A stretch of 17,019 bases of DNA. It comes from Myxococcota bacterium (lineage in GTDB: Bacteria; Myxococcota_A; UBA796; CAJQPC01). The stretch spans positions 1 to 17,019 of the forward strand of contig JAZAMN010000060.1 in NCBI GenBank assembly GCA_036229005.1. Direction: 5' to 3'. The notes under the pieces are model-generated. The model had not been told where the DNA came from, ran no database searches, and saw only the letters and a list, made by a program, of their open reading frames with translations. A program made the position numbers and the translations under genes. Below are positions 1-6,435 of the stretch, one piece after another (within the stretch, counting starts at the first letter, position 1; every line of letters starts with the position of its first letter).

Positions 1-20
1 CAAACACCCAGGAGCCAAAG

Positions 21-317
21 ATGGCGAAGCGACGGCAGTACAGCGTCGAGTTCAAGAGAGAGGCCGTGCGCCTCGTGCAGGAAGAGAACCTCTCGTACAC
101 CCAGGTGGGGCGGGACCTTGGGGTTGACCGAAGCGTCATCCGTGCCTGGGTCAAGAAGGCCGAGGCGGGCGAACTGGAGACATCGGCCCCGAGAGCACGG
201 ACCGATGCGTCGATTGAGGTGGAGCTGCGCCGGTTGCGCCGAGAGAACGCTATTCTGCGCGAGGAGCGAGACATCCTAAAAAAAGCCGCGGCCTTCTTCG
301 CCAAGGAGAGCCAGTGA
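21..317 (+). CDS. IS3-family transposase OrfA (HTH plus leucine zipper)
   Basis: RRQYSVEFKREAV...VGRDLGV...IRAW HTH; ELRRLRRENAILREERDILKKAAAFFA C-terminus; SD AGGAG at 10-14. Confidence 0.95.
   Translation: MAKRRQYSVEFKREAVRLVQEENLSYTQVGRDLGVDRSVIRAWVKKAEAGELETSAPRARTDASIEVELRRLRRENAILREERDILKKAAAFFAKESQ
261..292 (+). promoter_or_regulatory. Programmed -1 ribosomal frameshift signal (orfA to orfB)
   Basis: A AAA AAA G at 278-285 in the orfA frame. The -1 frame is open from 278 into orfB. SD-like GAGGAG at 261-266 lies 11 nt upstream and GCCGCGGC follows directly. Confidence 0.85.
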
Positions 318-1186
318 CGGCCTACCGGTTCATCACAGCGGAGAAGGCCAACCACCGGATTCGGCTGATGTGTAGGGTCCTCCAAGTGTCTCGCTCCAGC
401 TACTACGCATGGGTGGCTCGGCCACCTGCTGGAAGTCGAGACCGTGGCTTGGCAGCTCGTATTCGCGCAATCCACAAGCGTAGTGGCGGCACCTACGGCT
501 GTCCTCGGGTGACCGCTCAGCTGCGTCAGGACGGGCTCACGGTCAACCACAAGCGCGTGGCCAGGATCATGCGAGAGCATGGACTGCAGGGCATTCCCCG
601 GCGCCCCAGAGGTCGAGCTAGCCAGCCAGAACGGCAGGCCGCGGACAACCTGCTGCAGCGGGAGTTCACGGTCAGCCGGCCCAACGAGGCCTGGGTCGGC
701 GACATCACCTACCTGCCTGTCGCGGGCGGCTGGGCCTATCTCGCCGTCCTGATCGACCTCTACAGCCGCAAGGTCGTCGGCTGGGCAGTGGGCGCCGAGC
801 AACGCACCGAGCTGTGCCTGGCGGCCCTGCGGCGGGCCCTGGCCACGCGCCCCGACGTCCACGGCCTGGTCCACCACACCGACCGTGGAAGCCAGTACAC
901 CAGCGACGCATACCAGCGGGAGTTGGCCCGCAATGGAATCCGAGCCAGCATGAGCCGCAAGGGCAACTGCTGGGACAACGCAGTCGCGGAGTCCTTCTTC
1001 GCCACCCTCAAGCAGGAGCGGGTCAGGGGAGAGCCCTACCCCTCCGTCCAGGCCGCGCGTCGAGATGTCTCCGACTACGTCCACGACTTCTACAACGCCC
1101 ACCGCCTGCACAGTGCAAACGGCTACCGAAGCCCAGTCGACCAAGAAGCCCTACACCGAAGCAACGGTCTGACCTCAGACCCTTGA
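314..1186 (+). CDS. IS3-family transposase OrfB (DDE integrase core), probably also made as an OrfAB fusion
   Basis: MCRVLQVSRSSYY, YGCPRV, WVGDITY (D), HHTDRGSQY (D), DNAVAESFF (E). The GTG start overlaps the orfA TGA (GTGA 314-317). Confidence 0.95.
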   Translation: MTAYRFITAEKANHRIRLMCRVLQVSRSSYYAWVARPPAGSRDRGLAARIRAIHKRSGGTYGCPRVTAQLRQDGLTVNHKRVARIMREHGLQGIPRRPRGRASQPERQAADNLLQREFTVSRPNEAWVGDITYLPVAGGWAYLAVLIDLYSRKVVGWAVGAEQRTELCLAALRRALATRPDVHGLVHHTDRGSQYTSDAYQRELARNGIRASMSRKGNCWDNAVAESFFATLKQERVRGEPYPSVQAARRDVSDYVHDFYNAHRLHSANGYRSPVDQEALHRSNGLTSDP

Positions 1187-1190
1187 CCCA

Positions 1191-1218
1191 GGTGGTCCGT
1201 CAAGAAGGGGCAAGGTCA
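1191..1218. repeat. Right terminal inverted repeat of the IS3 element
   Basis: Lies just after the orfB stop and ends in CA. Its partner is not in the window, so the inner boundary is approximate. Confidence 0.7.
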
Positions 1219-1222
1219 CTCT

Positions 1223-1398
1223 TGTGGGGGCGGAGGCCCCCACACCCCCAGACGGGCGGCGGGGCCCGCCCGGCGCCCGCGCGGGCCGGAGCCCGGCTCC
1301 GGCTGGCACCTGAGCCGTTGTTCGCCCGAATGCTCAGAGCCCGGCACCCCGGCCCAAGGCCGCTCAGCCCTCCTTTGGGGGGTATCCCCCCACGCCCC
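1223..1398. repeat. Cluster of GC-rich hairpins bounded by two REP-like palindromes
   Basis: TGTGGGGGC-GGAG-GCCCCCACA (1223-1244); CGGGCGG/CCGCCCG (1253-1272); GCCCGCGCGGGC (1275-1286); GCCGGAGC/GCTCCGGC (1285-1303); CTGAGC...GCTCAG (1310-1337); TGGGGGG-TAT-CCCCCCA (1376-1392). Confidence 0.6.
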
Positions 1399-1588
1399 AA
1401 ACGGATTCACCACCCCCGTTGTGGCGCAGGCCCCCAAACGACTGGGCCTCCCGGCGCGGCCCCAGGAACCACCCGCGCAGAGCGTCTTCCCGACACACCT
1501 CGAATCCCAACCCTGAACAGCCCCAACTGGCGCCCCGCTCTCCTGCAGCGCGCCTGGCTCGGAAGGACCAAGAGACCCTGGAACCTGA

Positions 1589-1671
1589 GACTACGCCCTC
1601 CGAATGAGCGAACCCGGTGGCTACGCCCTCTGAGTGAGCGGTTCTCGGAGGCTACGCCCCACCGGTGAGCG
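1589..1671 (+). repeat. Left array: 3 direct copies of G(G/A)CTAC-N10-TGAGCG
   Basis: Copies at 1589-1610, 1619-1640 and 1650-1671 (periods 30 and 31 bp). Confidence 0.9.
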
Positions 1672-1770
1672 ATCCGCCCACCGATCTGCCGCCCAGAGCC
1701 CCAAAACGGCCCCAAATGGGGCCCAAAACAGCCCAGATCCCGCCTCTGAGTCCCCAAAACCAGGGCGAAG

Positions 1771-1885
1771 CGCTCACTGAGCCCCCGTAGCCGAAAAACA
1801 TCGCTCATTGGGGCCCGGTAGCCACCCCCCTCCGCTCATTGAGCCCCCGTAGCCACCCCCCTCCGCTCATTGAACCCCCGTAGCC
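1771..1885 (-). repeat. Right array: 4 inverted copies (CGCTCA-N10-GTAGCC on the + strand)
   Basis: Copies at 1771-1792, 1802-1823, 1833-1854 and 1864-1885 (period exactly 31 bp). Confidence 0.92.
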
Positions 1886-2037
1886 GCCTCTGAACGGAGG
1901 CCAGGGTCCGGCACCCAGCACCCAGGGGCCAAAGTCACGCCCAGAGCCAGCACGGTCGCCACCGATCCAGTCGTCGCTGCCGCAGTCCCCCACACCCTCT
2001 TGACGAACCCCGCCCCAAAGGCGCGGTCCCACCTCAC

Positions 2038-2955
2038 ATGCTCTCCCTCCTGCTGGCCTGCGCGCCCCCCGCCCTCGAAGACCCCCAGTTCAACCCGGCC
2101 GAGCTGCCCGAGCAGGCGGAGCTGCTGAGCTTGGGCAGCGCGCGGGCGCAGGTCGACGGGACCGCCTTCCCGATGGATGACCCGGAGCTGGACTGGGGGC
2201 GGCGCGGGGTCGAGGTGCTCGACTGGGACAGCGACTCGGTGCAGGTGGCCATCTCCAGTGGCGGGGTGCTCTGGGCGTTCTGGGTGGATCGCGACGACCT
2301 GACCTCGACGGTGGTCGCCGATGTCTGGGTGTCCGTGGGGGACCAGAGCGCAGGGGTGGACCTGCCGGCTGGCTTGCGCATCCAAGCCGCTCCCTCCCCC
2401 CACGGCTGGACCCTGGAGCACCCCGAGGGCCTGCTCCCCATCCACGCCCCCGCCGACGTGGTCGACCAGGTCTACGCGGACACGGGGCTCAAGGACCGGG
2501 TCTACGGGGGGCGGGGCGCCTACTTCCGGCTGCTGCCGGGTGCCCAACTGCTGGACGGGGTGGACGGGGCGCCTTTCGCGGAGAACACGCAGGACAGCGC
2601 GGTTTGGATCGAGCCGCTGGAGCGCGAGGGCGCCGGGCAGTGGGTGCGCTGGAGCGCGCCCTTTGGAGACGCCGAGGGCTGGGTGGCCGACCAGGACCTG
2701 GAGGACATGGGCAACAGCGCCGGCGGCTGGGGGGTGGGGTGCTGCATGTGCGGGGGGCTGGGGAGCCTGGGCTACGGCCTCTTTGGTGAGCCGACGCTGC
2801 CCCACGACACGCTGCTGCTGGATGCCCCCGATGGCGTGGTCATCGGGCGCGTGGAGTGGGACATGCAGGTGCCGCTGGGGGAGCCGGCCTGGGGGCGCAC
2901 GCCGGTCACCCTGAAGGCGCCCTGGGGGCCGGTCGAGGTGTGGGCCCAGCTCTGA
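2038..2955 (+). CDS. Hypothetical lipoprotein with possible repeated SH3-like modules and a Gly-rich CCMC linker
   Basis: 305-aa ORF with host-like GC3 codon bias. N-terminus MLSLLLAC resembles a lipobox. Internal repeats: WVDRDDL / GWVADQDL and LLDGVDG / LLDAPDG. Confidence 0.75.
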   Translation: MLSLLLACAPPALEDPQFNPAELPEQAELLSLGSARAQVDGTAFPMDDPELDWGRRGVEVLDWDSDSVQVAISSGGVLWAFWVDRDDLTSTVVADVWVSVGDQSAGVDLPAGLRIQAAPSPHGWTLEHPEGLLPIHAPADVVDQVYADTGLKDRVYGGRGAYFRLLPGAQLLDGVDGAPFAENTQDSAVWIEPLEREGAGQWVRWSAPFGDAEGWVADQDLEDMGNSAGGWGVGCCMCGGLGSLGYGLFGEPTLPHDTLLLDAPDGVVIGRVEWDMQVPLGEPAWGRTPVTLKAPWGPVEVWAQL

Positions 2956-2967
2956 ACCCCAGAGCCG

Positions 2968-3351
2968 CTACTCGGGCTGGTTCTTCATGAACTGCGCGAC
3001 CTGGGAGAAGAAGGCCAGCAGCTCGTTGCGCAGCCCGGGGTCGGGGACCTGCTCCTCCAGGGCGGCCTGCATGCAGACGACCCAGGCCAGGGCCTCCTCG
3101 TCGCCGATCGCGAAGGGGAAGTGGCGGGCGCGCAGGCGCGGGTGGCCGTACTTCTCCATGTACAGGTTCGGGCCCCCAAAGCGGCCGACCAGAAAGCGCC
3201 AGAGCTTGTCCTTGGAGCTGCTCAGGTCGGCGGGGTGCATGTCCCGGATGTGCTTGGCGTCCGGGCGGGTGTCCATGTGGTGGTAGAAGCGGTCGACGAG
3301 GATCCGGAGACCCTCCTCGCCGCCAAGCATGTCGAAGACGGTGGCGCTCAT
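2968..3351 (-). CDS. Group II truncated hemoglobin (trHbO/GlbO-like)
   Basis: GGEEGLRILVDRFY, FGGPNLY, GHPRLRARHFPFAI (proximal His) and the G8 Trp in ALAWV. Start is ATG 3351; GTG 3357 is an alternative. Confidence 0.92.
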   Translation of the reverse strand: MSATVFDMLGGEEGLRILVDRFYHHMDTRPDAKHIRDMHPADLSSSKDKLWRFLVGRFGGPNLYMEKYGHPRLRARHFPFAIGDEEALAWVVCMQAALEEQVPDPGLRNELLAFFSQVAQFMKNQPE

Positions 3352-3368
3352 GCCCACCGGCTATCCCG

Positions 3369-5333
3369 TCACTGCCCCGGACGTTCGCTCGCGTCGGTCA
3401 GGCTGGTGACGTAGATCGTGTCGCTGACCGGAGGACCCTGGACGCCGTCCTCGTCGCGGAAGCTCACCCACAGCGTGCGCTCCCCCAGGACGGTCGGCGC
3501 CAGGTTCCACGCGAACTGGCTCTCGGTGGCCTCCCAGTCCGTGCAGTAGGGCGTCTCGGACACGCACATCTCGGCCGCGGCGTCCGTCGCGCTCACCAGC
3601 ACCCGCACGCGCAGGGAGTCCGTCTCCGCGTCGTTGCCGTTCATCACGATGGTGCCCATCGGGACCTCGGAAGGGAGCTCGCCGATGTGGGTGGCGGTGG
3701 CGGTGACCCCGTCGCTGACCCGCCCGCTGCTGTCGACCGCGCAGACCCGGTAGCTGACCACGTGGCCGTCGCCCTCGGTCTCGTCCCGGGAGGCGGTCTT
3801 GGAGCCGCTGTAGACCTGGGTGTCCTGGGAGCTGGTGCAGCCCTCGCTGGTGGTGCCCTCGCCATTGCGCACGAGCAGGTAGTGGTCGATCCCGTCCACC
3901 GCCGCGAAGCCAGTCCAGGTCAGGTGCGTGCGGTTCTCCGAGGCCACGGCGGTCAGCTCGCCAGGAGTGAACCAGTCTTCGTTGACCCAAGGGCCCTCTT
4001 CGCCGCCGGTGTCCTCGCCGCCGGTGTCCTCGCCGCCGGTGTCTTCAGAGCCAGTGTCCTCGGTTCCGGTGTCTCCGGTGCCAGTGTCTTCGGTGCCAGT
4101 GTCCCGGGTACCAGTGTCTTCGGAGCCGGTGTCCTCAGGCTCGGGCAGGTCGGTCGCTGCGTCCAGGTCGATGCGCGCGTGGGTGCGCCCGCTGCGGGTG
4201 TCCGTGACGCTCTGGCCGGTGGTCTGCAGGTGTCCGAGCAGGTAGCTGGGGTCTTCATCCGGCCAGCCGGCGACCATCACCGCGACCGCGCCCGCCACGT
4301 GGGGGCTGGCCTGGCTGGTGCCGCCCATGGTGGAGCCGGCGGCGCTGATCAGAGCGCCGGGGGCCAGCAGGTCCACGTGGTCGGCGTCATTGGAGAAGCA
4401 GGTGACCGTGTCGGCGTCCGCGTTGGTGTCGGTGCAGGTGGACCAGCCGCGGGTGCCCAGGTCGCTGTCGTAGACGGCGCCGACGGTGATCGCGGCGCTC
4501 ACGCACCCTGGGTAGGAGGTCGCGTTGGTCCAGCCGTCGTTCCCGGAGCTGACCACCACCTGAACCCCCGCTGCGACGGCCTCCTCGACGGCCGCGGCGA
4601 ACACGTTCTCGTCGCAGGTGTTCGCGTACTCCCCGCCGCCCAGGCTCATGTTGACGGCCACGATGTCGTGGGTCGCCTGGTGGGTCAGCACCCACTCCAA
4701 GGCGGCCAGCACGTCCGAGCCGGAGGCGCTGCTGCCGCTGAACACGTCCAGGGCCACGATGCCCGCGCCAGGGGCGACCTGATGCACGATGCCCGCCACG
4801 TTGGTGCCGTGTCCGCTCGCGTCCAGAGCGCCGTCGTCCGGAGCGATGTCCACCGAGGCCACCACCGCGCAGCCGGGCTCCCCCGGGGCCGAGCACGCGC
4901 CAAAGTCCGCGTGGGTGTAGTCCACCCCCGTGTCGATCACCGCCACCGTCACGCCCGTGCCGTCATAGCCGCGCAGGTGCGCCGCCGGGGTCCCCATGAG
5001 CGCGTCGGACTCAGCGTCGCGGGCCGGGAGGGCGTGGGTCTCCAGGACCGGATCCAGGTCCACCCGAAGCACCCCACCCATGTGCTGCAGCATCGCCAGA
5101 TCCTGCAGGGAGGAGAGCTCGATGGCCATCACCGGCAGGCGACTGAACCGCTGGGACGTTGGCATGCTCGCCACGACCTGAGGCCGGATGGCATCGGCGA
5201 GGTCAGGCTGAAGCTGCAGCAGGACCTGGACCGAGTCTTCCGCCCGCAAGGCCGAGAGCACCTCGGGGGCGATGGTGGTGGCCGCAGCTTCTGCGGCGTC
5301 TTGGGGCGCGCAGGCAAGGAGCAGGAGCAGCAC
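3369..5333 (-). CDS. S8 (subtilisin-family) serine peptidase, probable lipoprotein, with DTG-repeat linker and C-terminal beta-rich (FnIII/Ig-like) domains
   Basis: Triad VAVIDTGVD / GHGTNVAG / GGTSQASPHVAG; oxyanion Asn in SSGNDG; prodomain-sized N-region; MLLLLLAC start with GGAGG 6 nt before the GTG. Confidence 0.93.
   Translation of the reverse strand: MLLLLLACAPQDAAEAAATTIAPEVLSALRAEDSVQVLLQLQPDLADAIRPQVVASMPTSQRFSRLPVMAIELSSLQDLAMLQHMGGVLRVDLDPVLETHALPARDAESDALMGTPAAHLRGYDGTGVTVAVIDTGVDYTHADFGACSAPGEPGCAVVASVDIAPDDGALDASGHGTNVAGIVHQVAPGAGIVALDVFSGSSASGSDVLAALEWVLTHQATHDIVAVNMSLGGGEYANTCDENVFAAAVEEAVAAGVQVVVSSGNDGWTNATSYPGCVSAAITVGAVYDSDLGTRGWSTCTDTNADADTVTCFSNDADHVDLLAPGALISAAGSTMGGTSQASPHVAGAVAVMVAGWPDEDPSYLLGHLQTTGQSVTDTRSGRTHARIDLDAATDLPEPEDTGSEDTGTRDTGTEDTGTGDTGTEDTGSEDTGGEDTGGEDTGGEEGPWVNEDWFTPGELTAVASENRTHLTWTGFAAVDGIDHYLLVRNGEGTTSEGCTSSQDTQVYSGSKTASRDETEGDGHVVSYRVCAVDSSGRVSDGVTATATHIGELPSEVPMGTIVMNGNDAETDSLRVRVLVSATDAAAEMCVSETPYCTDWEATESQFAWNLAPTVLGERTLWVSFRDEDGVQGPPVSDTIYVTSLTDASERPGQ
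3999..4136 (-). repeat. Nine 15-bp tandem units encoding (x-x-D-T-G)9 within the S8 peptidase
   Basis: CCRGTGTC recurs on the + strand at 4006, 4021, 4036, 4051, 4066, 4081, 4096, 4111 and 4126. Confidence 0.95.
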
Positions 5334-5463
5334 GAGAGACCTCCAGTGTGTCCTCGTCAGCGGAACTCCATGCAGAGTGGTTTAGGGGTCCCCTCGGATC
5401 CGGGCGGTGGGCCTTCAAGCGAAAAGCGCCAGAGAGCCGCACCTCATCCCGAAAAACGAGCCT

Positions 5464-6417
5464 TCAATCCAGGATCTCACCCTTGGGCGCGTGGGGCTCG
5501 GGGGGCTCGTCGTCCAGGCGCTCGGTCAGGTTGATCTCGATCATCTTGCTCAGGGCGTTGAGCGGCAGGTCGTTGGGATCGAAGCCAAAGGGCTCCTCGA
5601 TCTCGTCGCCGATGCTGTCCAGGCCGTAGAACGCGAAGGACACCAGGGCGACCACCGCGGGGGTCAGGACGCCGACCGTGTCTTCGATGCCGAAGGGCAG
5701 GGTGATGCAGTAGAGCGCGACGATGCGGTGCATGAGCACGGTGTAGCCAAAGGGGATCGGCGTGGCCTTGATGCGCTCGCAGCCGCCCTGCACCTCGGTC
5801 AGCTCGCTGAGGGTGCGCTCCATCACGGGCAGGTGGTACTGGAGGATCCAGCCGCGCTGCCAGGCCTCGGTGAGCAGCTCGCCGGTGTGGTGGAGCAGGG
5901 CCGCGGGGGTGTTGGACTCGGGCTGGATGCGCTTGCGCTCGCGCTCGTCGATGAAGGCGTCCAGCTCGGCGTAGTCGTTGCCACCGCGCAGGTGGATGCG
6001 AAGGGCGTGCACGTAGGCGATCTGGCGCTTGACCATCTCCCGCTGCAGGGCGTGCAGCTCGGCCTGGTCCAGGCGCTCGGAGTCGGGGGCGGCGGCCAGC
6101 AGGGTGAAGGTCTGGCGGGTCCAGATGCGCGAGAGGTTCACCACGCGGCCCCAGAGCTTGCGGCCCTCCCAGAAGCGGTCGTAGGAGGTGTTGTTCCGAA
6201 AGCCCAGGAAGATGCCCAGCGCGACGCCGATCAGCGAGAAGGGCAGGGGGGAGAGGGACCACTGGGAGAGCTCCCACTCCTTCCAGAAGATGGTGACGCC
6301 CACCGCGAACAGAGTGGTGATGAGGATGCGGCCCCAGGTGTTGGGCAGGGTGGTGCCCTGCCAGCGAAGCACCATGCGAACCCAGCCCCAGCGGCGGGTG
6401 TGTTGTCCGACGATCAC
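5464..6417 (-). CDS. Bestrophin-family ion channel (YneE/UPF0187-like)
   Basis: FLGFRNNTSYDRFWEGRKLWG, GGCERIKATPIPFGY, IGDEIEEPFGFDPNDLPL; hydrophobic TM segments; AGGAG 9 nt before the GTG. Confidence 0.93.
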   Translation of the reverse strand: MIVGQHTRRWGWVRMVLRWQGTTLPNTWGRILITTLFAVGVTIFWKEWELSQWSLSPLPFSLIGVALGIFLGFRNNTSYDRFWEGRKLWGRVVNLSRIWTRQTFTLLAAAPDSERLDQAELHALQREMVKRQIAYVHALRIHLRGGNDYAELDAFIDERERKRIQPESNTPAALLHHTGELLTEAWQRGWILQYHLPVMERTLSELTEVQGGCERIKATPIPFGYTVLMHRIVALYCITLPFGIEDTVGVLTPAVVALVSFAFYGLDSIGDEIEEPFGFDPNDLPLNALSKMIEINLTERLDDEPPEPHAPKGEILD

Positions 6418-6435
6418 GGTCCGTGTCTCCTGGTC

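Larger units (their letters stand above)
1..1218 (+). mobile_element. IS3-family insertion sequence, left end outside the window
   Basis: orfA/orfB pair with a -1 frameshift motif and DDE transposase. Ends ...GGTCCGTCAAGAAGGGGCAAGGTCA at 1218 (reverse complement TGACCTTGCCCC..., an IS3-type 5'-TG...CA-3' terminus). The left IR and target duplication are not visible. Confidence 0.92.

Noticed and set aside
1223..1244. Intrinsic terminator after the transposase
   Set aside because: Strong stem, but no U-tract follows on either strand.
1589..1885. CRISPR array interpretation of the periodic repeats
   Set aside because: The period is only 30-31 bp with 8-9 bp between units, the two halves are inverted, and no cas genes are present.
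814..2032. ORFs across the non-coding region (814-1668, 1200-1400, 1216-1437, 1407-1808, 1419-1607, 1805-2032)
   Set aside because: Pro/Arg/Gly-rich translations without motifs or host codon bias. They cross the IS boundary or repeats whose 31-bp period is not a multiple of 3.
5334..5463. Sigma-54 promoter upstream of the S8 peptidase (TGGCGC on the minus strand)
   Set aside because: The GG-N10-GC spacing is not met.
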